Shown one piece after another: positions 1-13,800 of a stretch of DNA of 53,704 nt. The first letter of the stretch is position 1, and the number at the start of each line of letters is the position of its first letter. The stretch comes from Phoronis australis (Eukaryota; Animalia; Phoronida). The translations under genes and the position numbers were made by a program. The notes under the pieces are model-generated. The model was given only the letters and a program-made list of their open reading frames with translations, was not told the origin of the DNA and did no database searches. Location of the stretch: the NCBI GenBank assembly GCA_002633005.1, contig NMRA01000316.1:123901-177604 (forward strand), read 5' to 3'.

Positions 1-411
1 TTTTTTTTCTCACATGCGCATATTTGACATAAAATGTAACAACTTCTTACATTCCAAGAGAGGCTGAGCAACGTAAAATGTAACACTGACATAAACTGTA
101 GCAGTCGTTACATGTTGCCGTATCAAAGCTGACAGGGTTAACGGAACAGAGTCAGCGCCGGCAATCGCCTATGAACTGCTCATTCAGCACAAGTTTCCAT
201 GACTGATTTGCAGAGGGTCCAACATTCTTAACCATCACAAATAGTGGTATTGTCTAGTCTACTATTTTTTTCTGATCGTTTGTCGGCCCTGTTGATGTAA
301 ACCTTGGTCTTGAATGGACCCACCCATCAAATGCAAGGACAACAGTCGGGGGAGAAAGTACATCGTGTGTCCAGTGTAAAGCTGACGAATATGAGGACGA
401 AGACACTCTCC

Positions 412-661
412 CATACCCGAACCCAACCTTTAATATGGGGGCTCGAATCTCTGACAAAGTGGACCTTATGCAAACAAAAAAGCCGGAGGACAAAAAAAAA
501 ACGGGGTACCACCTTCAGGTCTGTGAACTACATGTATGTGTTTGCGTCTTTTTAGTGGACTTTTGTCTCGTTTTCTTGGACTTTTTGTTTCTCCGAGGCG
601 AACCTTTTTACCTACTTCGCTAAATGGAGGGCTTGTTCGAGCCCCCCTGGGTGCGCGCATG
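412..661 (-). mobile_element. MITE, family 1 copy a
   Basis: Right TIR ctgggtgcgcgcatg, degenerate left TIR, 5-bp TSD tctcc (407-411 / 662-666). Body is the reverse complement of 3277-3494. Confidence 0.8.
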
Positions 662-1122
662 TCTCCCATTCGACATGTAAATTCATAAACTGAGTTACAC
701 CTGACCAGTGGTCGCCACCTTCCCTGACTGCACACCGGAAGATAGTAGAGAGCATGAACTTGTGTATATCGAGCCCATCATCAGAAACTACTGTACAGCC
801 GTGTTTGAACCAAGTTTGCGTTAATGAAGGTGTGCTACCGAACTGTACTGTCTTATAGTTTTAAAAATTATTGAGACCAATTCTAGTAGCGTAAAAGGGA
901 TAAATCGATTTTTGGTTTGCTAAACAGAGCTTTAAAGATGTATTTGCATGATCCTAACTATACCGATGTATAACAGGAACTAAACGATAATGACATTTTT
1001 GGCCTTTCAAGTCACATCTATGCAGTGGAATAAGAGTAGCAAGAGATACATGTACAAGGAATAGTAAGTAGGTCATCACCACTTGAATGGTATTCGACAC
1101 TTGCTGATTTATTGTACATGAT

Positions 1123-1159
1123 ATCCTGAAGATGTCTTATGAATAGACGAAACGTTGAA
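1123..1159 (+). ncRNA. Minimal type I hammerhead-ribozyme-like motif
   Basis: CTGAAGA-T-GTCT-tatgaat-AGAC-GAAA-CG-TT: core boxes and stem II present; stem I weak. Confidence 0.5.
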
Positions 1160-1759
1160 TGAACATGAACTTTTTTATTTGTTCGGCGATTGTCCGTTTT
1201 TTAAACAATAATGCTAATTTAACATAACCAACGTTAAACAAAGTGCAGTTGTTTTCTCTCATAACTTGTAAATGTAAAGACAAAAAAATCCACGAATACA
1301 TGTAATGTAGGTGACCTTTGCACTAATGACGTACATGTACCTCGGGGGCTCACATACATGTAACCCGTATCGTGCAGCGTTATTCCTCAGCACCACGCCA
1401 CGAAACTTACTGCATACAGTTCAGTGATTTGCAGCGGACAATTTTCGCCCCAAAACTCATTCTTAAAAACATTTGGCACTTTTCAACCTACTTCATCGTC
1501 ACTATATGTCGTGTTTTTAACTAATTCGTCCAAGCAATCACAAAAATAACGGATTAGCCTGCAAGTTTCACTTTGAATTTTGTTCCTAGAGTGGCGTCTT
1601 TGTGTTTGTGTGGCTGCACTGCTAAATGAGTTCTCTGGTTATATAAATAAGCAAAAAATACATTACATTACATTGTATTCATGTTAATGATTTCTTCGTC
1701 TAGACAACATCGCGAACATGAAGCTGACTTTGTAATGCGCCAAGCAGGCCAGTCCGTTG

Positions 1760-1864
1760 TCAAGAGCTTCCGAAGTCGTCTCCTTTCATGAACCTGTAAA
1801 TGAGATCCCACGATCGTTCTGGTTGGTCGTACGGTGTAAGGTGTCCGGCTCCCTTGATCACCAC
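1760..1864 (-). CDS. CPVL: CPVL-A coding exon 12 (catalytic His, stop)
   Basis: [34 protein letters not shown]; TGA at 1760-1762. Confidence 0.95.
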   Translation of the reverse strand: MVIKGAGHLTPYDQPERSWDLIYRFMKGDDFGSS

Positions 1865-4800
1865 CTGAACAAAAATTAACAGCCATATAGCTCTAGTACA
1901 TGTATACAGTAGTTTGTTGTACCACCTAGTTTCATTCTGACATCACCTTTACTGCACGACTTTCAAATAAAAGCAACAGGGTGTCAGCTGAAGTGAAAAG
2001 CCAATGAAAGAAAACCGAATCCTAAGAATTGGGCAACGTCAAGCATTCCTTGTACAAGATGTACATGTACATGTATATGGATGGCAGCACGGAAAGAAAG
2101 AACCAGCATAGCAGAGTTACATGCACATTCCCTGTGGGAACATTTCTACTAATAACGACTCCCCAAATACATGTACGTGTCACTAAAATTCTTCACAAAA
2201 CACATGCACAATTTGATTATTCTTTTTCTCTGTCTTGTTAAAAATATTGATTTCATATAATCTGGAAGTCAAAAGCACTCAGCTGTGTGTTCGTTTAGAA
2301 AATGTTCAACGAAACGTAACTCTGGTGGATCTGTGCCCGTGATAACGCAAGGTGGTCGACTATAAATTTAGAAGTGAAGTATACGCGAAATGCCTAACAA
2401 CTGAAAATTTCAGACGTTGTTTGTGGTCACGTCCCTAGAGCGTGCTGTCCCTCACTAAATCTGCCTGTGCTTTACCTTGCTGGTTCCCTACGTGCCTAGC
2501 CAGCACGCAGGTTCATGCAGTGACAAGCGCTTAAGCATTGGTTGATATAACCTCAGCAGTCATTGGTTAGCTTTACAACACCGTGAAAAAATGGCAGACT
2601 GAGAACGATTGTTAGCCTTGTCATGTACATGTAAGTTTCTGCAGTGATGCTTAGGCCTAATCGCCGCACGATTGGAGCACAGACATGTACAATAAACACA
2701 TATCTGGCTGAATTAACGAAGTTTTATTCATACTGTATGAATACAGAACAGTATCGTAAACAAAAGTCATCGACAGTAGAAAAATGCACTCCGAAAAGGC
2801 GCAACCACAATTTCTAGGATTCACATTTCCTGAACCTAAATTTTAAGCACCGATTTGTCTGTACAACAGACCACATTTACACTTCATTTTATCAGTCATG
2901 ACAGTTTGCTTGCGTAAAGCTTTACCTGTTGAGAATTCGACTAGCCAATCAGAAACGCGCGTGGGAAAAATTCCCGAGGAAAATTACGTGATACCTGCGT
3001 GCTGGCTGCCGGCCATCTAGCGGCACGCAGGGAACCAGCGGGGTGTTTTATACGTCACTGGCGGCGCTCCGTAAGCTTGGTTGGTTAAAAGGAACTGTGA
3101 GTTTGCCTACAGCTTTTAACATACTTCACTATAATCCCGCTTCCTTGTCTGCCAACCAACCCGTCAAAGTTGTTATTCTGTTAATCATAACACTAATATA
3201 ATAACAACTCGATACACTGTATCGTAAGCTTACGTACATGTATACTAGCTAAGTAGCACGGCTTCTTAACCGTGACCATGCGCGCACCCAGGGGGTGAGG
3301 GGTCCGCCTCAGAGAAACAAAAAGTCCGAGAAAACGAGACAAAAGTCCACTAAAAAGGCGCGAATGCACAATTCATTCATGTAACTCTGAACGTGTTACT
3401 CCGCTTATATTTTAGTTCACCGCTTTTTTGTTAGTAAAAGGTCCAAATTGCCAAAAATTCGAGCCCCCCACATTTTAGGCTGGGTGCGTGCATGGTGACG
3501 TACCATAACAATGCGTATTACCATGTCGATGACATTAGTTTTAAATGTGTGCCCTTACGCCCATGCAGTGATAACCGCAACACTGGTAAGTGATTTATTA
3601 AAATATTTTTGCGCACATGTTTTAGACAGACGTGCACACGTCTCTGGATACACCAGATCCCAAAAGTAAACGGAAATATTCTATTTCCGGGAGAATTTCG
3701 GCTCATTTTGATAGATTACATCTTGCATGCGTTGTAGGCGCAGTAATGCAAGATCGGTGGGCACATGATCATCTACAGTACACATGTAAAGTCAAAAGTT
3801 CATGCCGGAAGTAATACGAATCTCCAGTAATGCGCATTGAACAGCATGGGCCTACCATTTTGAGATAGGCATCAATAGGACTTCCGTGATAGATTTATTC
3901 AACGAGCTTGTACACTGGACGTCAAACTACTTTAGTACCTGATACAAGTTGTCTGCTTTTGTTACGTATCCGGCCACATCCGAATCACCACCATCGACTT
4001 TCCATATTACTCGCCTGGCTTTCCTGTGCAGTTCACTACCACGCCACGACATGCTCTTTAGAAACACATCCGTGAGTGGGTGAGCAACGATAATATCCAG
4101 CTGACCATTGTAAAACAGGGTCTGGAACAAAAATGGATGTCATAATGCACGCATTGGTGGCGTCTGTGAAACTATTTCTAATGTTTAGCAGCGCCCTTTA
4201 AAGCTATATTTTCACCCTGTTTAGGTTTCACTTAAGCACATTTCGAATTTTTAATTAAAAAACCACGGGACATGGTCATTGTTGTGTCACGTCACCGAGA
4301 CGAGCTGTTTTTAGTTGAGTCCCTACACGCCATGTTCAACTGAAAGAGGTGGCCAACTTCAACACTTTTGGATGCAATTCATGTCCTCTTGCGGGATTTA
4401 TTTTCGTGTTCGACATACATTTTGACAGAAGACAAGTCTTAATATTGTAGTATTGTCATTATTTAAAAGGCACAGTCGTAAGGTGTAAACATTTCTAAGC
4501 ACTAGAGTGGGCAAAACTTGTGAACTTACGATTGCGTCTACAATGTGCAGTTATAGTTATACGTAATACATGTATTTTAGTGAAACTGGCTCCTGAAGTT
4601 TACATGTACCTCACGCGTGAGGCCGCATTAGTACGCACACTTACAGGGGTTGAGTGAGTAATATCAACCGGCCTTATGATATTTAATAGCAGCTTCAACT
4701 TTTGTTCTGCCTTAATCTTACCCTGACTCCTGCATTTAGTATGTCGACAACCCATGGTTTCACAGAGCTCATGAAATCATGGTCCATCAAACTCTCGCCT

Positions 4801-7800
4801 ACCAGAGGATCCCCTCCAAACTGCAGATTGCCCACATGGAGCGCTCGACGAACTTCCGGTTTGTCAAGAAGTGAGTTGTAATAACCAAGTTCCGCCGCTT
4901 CCTAAACGAACATTGGGGTTTAATATCAAATTAAAAACGGTTTCTGCATTTTTGAATTATCGTGGATATTATCCTTCGATTCCAAGCACAGCAGGGCTAT
5001 ACGAAAATAAAATGAAAAATTCAAATTCCAACTACACATGCAAACAAGACCTACGTCATTGAACTGGACATTGTTTAGCTCATTAAAAGACGTAACAACG
5101 GCAGGGAAAATTAAAGACGTAACCGTTCTCAATTCTCAAAAGTTTTTAAAAAGTTTCCTTTAAATTATTCTGCAAACGTCGATAGGTTCTGTAACCGAGT
5201 TTGTTGACGATTGTGAGAAAGAGCACCTTGGAACTGCAGAATTTGCTTTGAGTCGAAATGTGATTTGCGTAAGTGCTGTAACCGAGTAATGGTTTTATGC
5301 AAGTGCAATTCCGGGTGACAAAATGTTAACCACTTCGTGGAATCACTTTAAAAAATAAGCACGATTAACGTCCAATTTCCGTACATGCAAAACACGCAAG
5401 TTTTCGGTCAGAGTATATACAGCCATTATCAAGTTCCCTTGTTAAGAGATATACAGTAGAGATAATCATTGGAACATTTTGTGGTGTCAAGACGAGAACG
5501 GATGGCTCATGGAACATGGCCTTGAGTACACAGTTAAAATGCCACGTGTAATGTGAAGCACACGTCAACAAAAGTCTCACCTTAGTTCGGAGTATATTAT
5601 AATAGTTAGTCATTCCAGTCACATTCGTGAAATAGGACGGATAGGATAACCCAAGCAAAAAATGGTCCATCACCTGTAAGTAGAATTTCGATATTTAATG
5701 TAATCTACATTGTACATGTATATGTGAATATGTATAACAGAACACATTTACGGAATGTTGAACAACAATTTTTGTTATACATCTCAGAGTAAACTAAGGT
5801 AAAGACTGAAAGATCCCATCGAACACTAATCCGAAAATGCGTTTGTTGCCATAAAACTCATCATGCTTTTGTAAACTCAAAAATAGTGAAGAGAAACAAC
5901 AATTTTGCATGATCTTGGCAGTAACTTTCGCAGTATTGGCGACTTTTTTTCATACGAGGTCAAATAATTGAGTGATGGTAAACGATGTCAGGAATTTGTA
6001 TAGAAAAGCATCTCACGGCTTTTCTCCGTCTGCAGATAGTCTTCAAAGTGGGTGACAAGCCACTTTCAAAGAATTCCTTTTTTTTTTTAGTCCAGGAAGT
6101 GTACCCATGGTCGTTGAGTTGACGTGACTCGCCTAGTTACGTCAACGTGGGAATTGCTCCTGTCTCTCGTGTTTTTAAGACTTTTTAACCATTCTTAAGC
6201 CCAGAAATTACGTCTAAACTGTGTAAGGCTTATTTTGATGCCAGTTTAAAAGATTTTAACCAAGTACTGTTTCCGAAGGACGTTCAACAAATGTGTTGTT
6301 TGTGAAATACTATCATCAACAAATTTTGAACGTAGAAAAAGAGTTGATTTTCAGAGAAATTAGATTTAACTTTCAACTGCTACATGTAATTACTTCGTAC
6401 ACATGTATGCCTGTAAGCTCTGACCTGTTTGGTACCACCGAGTTTGGGTACCAATTATTACCCAAAAGGCTTCTTTGTCAGACGTGATTCTAGATCAGAT
6501 CGTAATGTTGGACGGAAATCTTTTGGTTTTATCAGTCCAGAAGAGTGGTACGTAACGACAAATAGGGTCGTTACCTAAAGAGCGCCATTCTCCGTGCAAT
6601 GCATAGGGTACATGTACGTGCATTTGAAACAGTTTGTTAAGGAAATGATTTAAATTTTGGATTTTGGAAATTATACAAATGGTTCGAGAGACGGAGACGA
6701 GGCATAAAACAAGCTGGAACGACTTAAGCTTTCTTCAGGCATAAACGATGGTCATCGTTTAGCACGGTTTACAACAAAGTTCTGTACAAAATCCAAAGAC
6801 GCTTTCGCCTGAAAAAATCTTACTTCCAACGCTTCCTTAAAATTCTCTTTCTTCATGAAGCGAACCATATCTGCGGTATACGCCTTAGCTCTATCCCTTT
6901 GTTGTTCGTTGAGCAGTCCTGCATAATACAGGTAATCACCATAATCCACCATCTGGAATCAACAGGATATCTGTAGGTCATTGACACAAATGTGCCAGAT
7001 CGCTAAACGTTCGACGGATGTAATAAGCGTTGAGAGATACAAGCATGCCCGAAGAATTAAGAGCTGCGAAAACAGAAATCAGCAGTATATAGCTGAAGTG
7101 TTGATATTGTGAAGCACGTTGCTGAATACGTACACGAAACGTACCGAGAGTGGCGTACATAAAGTAATATCCCACGAGACATTATTTCGCGTATCGACCG
7201 AGACCAAATTTGTATTTATCCCATGCGCTTTGAATTCCATTTTTTTCATTTTTCGGCAGATTTTTTAGATACTTCACCCAGACTGTTCACATGGCGGACC
7301 ACCTCCAATGTGTATACAGATGTATTTGCGCATTAAGTTGTAAGTTTTGTCTTGTAAAAGAAACAATTTTAAAAGTAACGATTTATTTCTTGAAAAGAGG
7401 TAACAAAGATAAAAGCAACGGCAACTGCTCAGTGAATGTGTAACTTCTCCTGGAAATAGTTAAATAACAACATTTGGTATTGTAGTTTCTTAGGAATTGG
7501 TGCCTGAGTTGCAGACGATAAACATGTAGGCAATGACTATAGCCTCTGCTGGCTCAGCCAGCAGACTTCGATTAGAGACGATGGTCATTTACTACAGACG
7601 ATAGCATTCAGCACCTGAAAACTGAGACAGAAGTGTCATATATTATACCGGTTCGTTCCAGATTTTACTTTTAAGGCCTGGTTGCAAGTCGAATGTTAGT
7701 TTAAAGAGTTCCCACCATGACCCTGTGTCTCAAAAAGGAATTTTATTATTACATCTTAACAGATTTAATAGTAGCCTTTAGTACACCTGTTGCTACAAAA

Positions 7801-10800
7801 CAATCTAAAAATTTTAAAAACTATATTTTTCTGTTATCGAGTTTGTAAGCAATGGGTGGAAGACCGCCTCAGCCGTTGTTGTTTTACCAGTGCGATACTG
7901 AGGAGTTGTGAAGAAAGTCCGCGGGGAGCCGTCTTTTTCAGACATGAAAAGGTGCATTTGTTTAAACTGTACAACAACTTGACTGTGAACGTCTTAGTGT
8001 TCAAATTTCCTAAACACGTGAAAGTTGCACAGGAATGGCATCATTTTGTCATAGGCGGTGCACCATAGTGGCCTGGGTTAGGGCTATAGTCCCCCACTTT
8101 TTCAGGGCTAAGCCGCCCATGGTCTACATGTATAGGCGGTGCAACACAGCAGGGCTGGGGGGGGGGGGGGNNNNCTTTTTTCAGTGCTGCGCCACCCATG
8201 ATTGTGCGCCGAACAAGAGTGTGGAGTGTCAGTGTGGAACATGAGATTCTGTTTGGCGTAAGCCACACTTTGATCGGCACATTTCAAAGAATCGTGTTTC
8301 GACCACACACATAAGCGGCGTTACAATGAAGGACTCACCATCAAGTAAGTGCATTTGCAAATTTTGTAAATAACGAACAAACTGCTTCCATTCTAGGGCG
8401 AGTGATGCCAGGCCTTGGACCCCGGCCCAGATCGAGTGCTACTACAAGTAGGCTTATGCATATTGTGTTTAGACTGTGCTCATTCCATCACGGAAATAGT
8501 GAATATGAGTAACCCAGGTTTGCTGTGGCCTTTGTCAGTAATTATTAAGTGTCTATTTTGTGAGTAGTGACCACAACTTGGTAGAGTTGGTTGTGGCTCA
8601 CATATGCCATATCTCGTGCATGTGGGTCGAGTTCATACGGTCTCAAAGCCGACGAAAGTTCGCTAAATGGGATATCGAGTTCATTGTCTGATTTTTCAAG
8701 TATTTGAGTATCATGCCCGTATCCACTCTCCTCTCTGTCTGCATAATAATTGTCCAATTCTAGCCCAATATTGTCATTGTCTTCTAACTTGCAGTGTTCC
8801 GGCATTGCAAATGATTGTCAAGCGGCCAACCGTCTTCCACCCATTGCATTATTTGGCGGGAAACTTAGAAATAAGTAATTTTTCTTCAAAAATAAAAAAG
8901 TTGCCACTATTTGGCATGAAAAGTGCCTATTTAGCAAGATTTTATGGTATTCGGTTTATATTAGTTAACTGAAACCTGGAAAAGTAAGAAAAAGCATGGT
9001 GGGAACTCTTTAATTGCTGCAACTGTATTACTTTAAAGTATATTCGGAAAGTTTGGTAATCGAACCGGCTGAAGACGTCGAGTAGACATTGACCTACCTT
9101 TAAACTTTTCCATGTCAGAGGTCACTGTTGAAGTAGTGCGGGAGGTGAATACAGAAAACTTTAATACATGGCGACATTTCCCTAAACAAATTCAACGCGT
9201 ATGGGATAAAAACATGTAACTTAACGTAAACACATCGCTTTGACACTGCCTACATTCTTGATGCATTACTTATAAGGGTATTTTATCGTTACTTTTCTGT
9301 TGCTACCAATCAAAAGAACATATTTGCTCAATTCCTCTGTAGTGCAATTGCTGTGATGTACATGTATTTTTAGGAGTTCATTCTAAACTACATGTAAGTA
9401 GATGTAGCCAACTTGGATTAACAGATTTACACTACTTGTTCGCGAACCTTCCCAAAAAATCGATGAATGATTTAAAACAAATTCGTTAAAATTTGTTCGT
9501 TGTTAAAATATTCAAGGTGTTGTTATAACAAGCACTGTTTATTATATACTATGCTAACGTTCAGGTGTGCACGGTGCATCGGTTCTAGGAAACCTGATAT
9601 CTTTACACCTAAACTTTCTTTCTACGCTCCTGGCTTCGAAAAGTCACTCCCTAGGGTGTTCCATCGATAAAATAAACCCCGATGACAACAGATATCCCGG
9701 AGTAAATACATACACTGTACTCCCGCACCTTCAAAACAGGTAACCAGTCGGGGTCCGTGTTTTATCTGGCTGGTTAGATGTTTTGTAGGTGCTGGAGTCG
9801 TTTTCCGACTTCAGGATATCTCTCCTTTACGCAAAAAGACTGATGTAAACATTAAAAACAGAATTGTGTTAAGATTCCCTGGCCAGAGGCCGCTCTGGTA
9901 TTCGTAAAAACGACTTTAATAGCAAAAATATCCAAACATTACCGGGCTGGCAATCATGATTACTTGCAAGCGTTGTCTATGTTTGACTGTTAGACTACGG
10001 CACGTGCTCACGAGCTAATTCGGAATGAGTACCGAATACACTTGTGAAACGTGATTTCATCGCTTATTAAACGGAAACCCACCAACTAATCGCTCCATTG
10101 GCTATCATATGTTAGGTTCACGTGCGATATATGTAGGAAACTACAGAGCATAGTCGCGAAACATTCACCTTACCGTGACAAGAGGAAATGGAATAAACCA
10201 ACGCGACAGTATTAAGGAAGTACATGTACACGCATCATCCAAGCACAACCGGTTTTATACGTGTACATATACATGCACATGTAGTGTCCTTCCTGGACTG
10301 GATTGGCGCAGGCAATGTCCAGTGAAGAAACGCGGTGCAGGTGGTATAACACGAAACTGATTGGAAGAAAATCGTGCATTGTCAAAGAAATATCAATGCA
10401 GTTATTGTAACCACGCTTTGGTCTGAAATGCGTTTTATTTTTTACTGGTTCCAATTTACACAAGGAGATCTTTTACGCGAGCGTTTTGTTATTAATGCGT
10501 CAGCCCAATTCTGATATAATCAGTTGCCTACTGATCGCACCTCTGTTGAGCCAGTCCAGTCCATATGGCAGTGAAACAAGGGGTCATTTTTAACTACTAT
10601 TTAGACGTGAAGTATCAGCTTATTAATCAATGAAGCAAAGGGTCATTATCGCGTTTTGGAAATTTCACAGCATACAGAGTGTCTGGCAAGAATAAACCGT
10701 TCTTATACGAGTTCAAGCTTCGTGAAAGTTACATGTACATGTACTGATGTACTTTACCGTGAGTGGATCAGAGAACCCGTCCCCTATGGTCATTCCTTTC

Positions 10801-13800
10801 AAGTTGATGGCACTGTTACCTTTGGACATCTCAGTCATGATCTTATGAGTTATAGCAGGGCCATATTTACCGCCATACGACTGCAAACACAAATGCCACA
10901 ATCATGCCAAGAATTGTACGGTGACACTTGGCTTACGTAAACAGACAACTGCTGCCTGGTGGTTTGCACACCCAGAAGAATCGATGAGGAACATGTTGTT
11001 GCGTTTCATGTTGCAAAAGTCACATTTCAAAAACGTCATTTCACAAACCATCCAAATATGCTATTTAAAAACTATTAAAACGAAAATTTCAAAATATCGT
11101 TATTGCTCGTTTGTATGTATGATGGTCTCAATATTTAGACAACAATAATACCAGCAGCCTGAGGCGATTTAATTAACCAAAGCAACATCGTGCCTTTGAT
11201 GTAAACCGGCAGATTCTGAGGTGCGTTAACCGGTGGAGTTGCCCAAATTCGACTGGTTTGTCATGAAATCTGTGACATTCATGATACATATAATTCTTAG
11301 TATGTTAGTTTGATAGTGTTATTACTTATTGATATTATTTCTTTGCTAGCCAATTGTTTTTGTTTATAGAAACTTGTTTTGGCTGTCAGCTGAGTCAGCG
11401 ACCAACCCATCCGGTGCATCCACACATGTTTTGATGATCTCTGTAGTAAACAAGATTGCGTAATGGTCATTCACAGAAACATTGCCTAAAGACAGCTGAC
11501 CATTACCATATATGGCAAACACAACAGAGTAGTTCAGATGATTGTTGTGAAAGTTTTAGAGTTGCTTCCTGTTATTTTCCTGTAGAATATTGAATCATAA
11601 AGTTTAGTGCATGCAACCCACATATTTGTGACTTGTATATAAATCCGTTCACTTGTCTAATAAAGACAGTCCTCATCTTGCTACTGCCAGTTGCTTTACT
11701 AGTGTAATTGAGTGTTCCACACTTAGTTACTGAATACAACCATCTCACTGACGGACCGAGACTGTCCACAACACAACACAACGCTGCTACTAAGTCGAGT
11801 TATTCTCCACTATTCTACTACATAGCCAGAATTTCCCCACATGGTTATGGTGTTCACGTAGGAATCTTTTCATGTGATGAACCGCCAATTATAAAAGACA
11901 GTCTCTATTCAAAGTCACCACTACAAAAACCCTGCTGGGAAGTTTTGCAAACAGACCCCTACCCATGGATTTACGTCACACTATATATGATGAACCACTT
12001 GTGCATATACACGTACATGTAGGAATGTAGAACCACAAATATTTCATTCTATGCCTGAACTATTCATGTTTGAAAGTTTTTCAAAAGTACTTAAGAGCTT
12101 ACCGAAAAGGTAACAATCATCCATGATCATGGACCATTTTCAAAAATGCAAACTGAATATTGTCTTAGCGGTGTGGTATGAATTCAATGTCCAACTGAAA
12201 AGTAATTTTAAAATGAATATCACAACTGACGGTATACTTACACCCTTTTTTATTACCTACCTCCCCGGAAACGTAAAAGTCATTCTTGAGGTACTCGTGG
12301 TATAGTGTAAAAAACTGTGTCAAGGCACTGGAAATGTATAGATCATTAGAGCATATAACTGGACCAGAAAAGACCATTATGATAGGGCAAATTACACAGC
12401 CAGGTTGGCTGAAGATTAATCTTCTTACAAACGAAGATTATGTAAACATTAATTTGCAAACACATGTATAACGCGCCAAATAGACGATCAATTAACGTTG
12501 AAAAAAATGTGTGCTGTATACGACAATTTTACGCCATATTCATTACATTTGGCGTGATTGCGGTCCAGATGGAACTTTATTGCGATACAAGATCTCAGAT
12601 AAAACGCCTACGTACATGTAGGTGGTATCCACGATTACAATAACCAAATTTCAACACGCCATTGTAGCTAGCAATGATTGTTTCCTGCTGAATACTTAGA
12701 CCTACCTGAATAAGTCTCTCGCCACATCGTTTTGATTGGTGGCATATCCAGCTGGATCTTTCGTGTAGCTAAAACCTGTACCAACCTGCAATGTGTTTAT
12801 GCGTACATGTAACACGATAACACGATAACACGAAACCATTTTCTGTTCCGACGAAGCCCTTATAATCTAAGCGTTTTTCATGTTGTCAATTCGACAGATC
12901 GACGTTTTATACCAACAAGTACCCATTGCAGTGCTAAGGACTCTCACAAGAAGATGGAAATTATTGACTTCACGGAGCATCGCATTATATCCTGTGATGC
13001 TTCACTTGTTTTTACTAAGCCACTGAGAACAGCAATGTTGATGAAACAAGATGGACTGTCTACTTGCTTTTTTCGTGACAAACCTGACGCAAGAATTGAC
13101 TACGTGTAAACAGGACGTACCGGATTGTCCACGTAGATTATCGACGCATTTCGATTCCACGTAATTTCACGACGATACACTGTAAAATAAGGGAAATTTT
13201 TACTTAAATATTTTCACAGAGGCTGCTGTGTCTATTCATTTTACTGCCGTCATACTGTACTTTTTCAAACCTAGGTATTTAATTATTGAAGTGCACAGAA
13301 TTCTCTCTCCGAGCGCTTAGAGTAGCAGTCAAAAATGCTAGACCCCAGTTTGCCGTATAAGATGGTTAAAGATGCTATGTCTCATTAAAACTGTGAACAT
13401 TTAAATTTGCAGCACGCGTCACCTACTGACTTCCTGAAGAACTGTGTTTACAAGTGTAATCAGGAAAAACAACGAATTATAAATAAATTGCTGTTTTCAA
13501 TAAAACACCACATGTACGCTTAACAGGAATATGAACAAACAAAATACAGTTATTCCAAATATTATTTGACAGTGAAATTAACGAATTCTAAAAACTGTTC
13601 CTTGATTCATTAGGGTATCCTTGAAATCTTACCAAACTCATTTACATGAAAATAGTTTAGCAAAACGAAAATCTCGAGATTGATTTGGTAACTGGTTCTT
13701 GGATGGTTTTGGCAACACTGGAGGACCCAGGGTTGTTTGTAAATTAGAACTTCATTAGCATATTCACAATGATTAGGGACCCTTAAAGATACGCTTTTGC

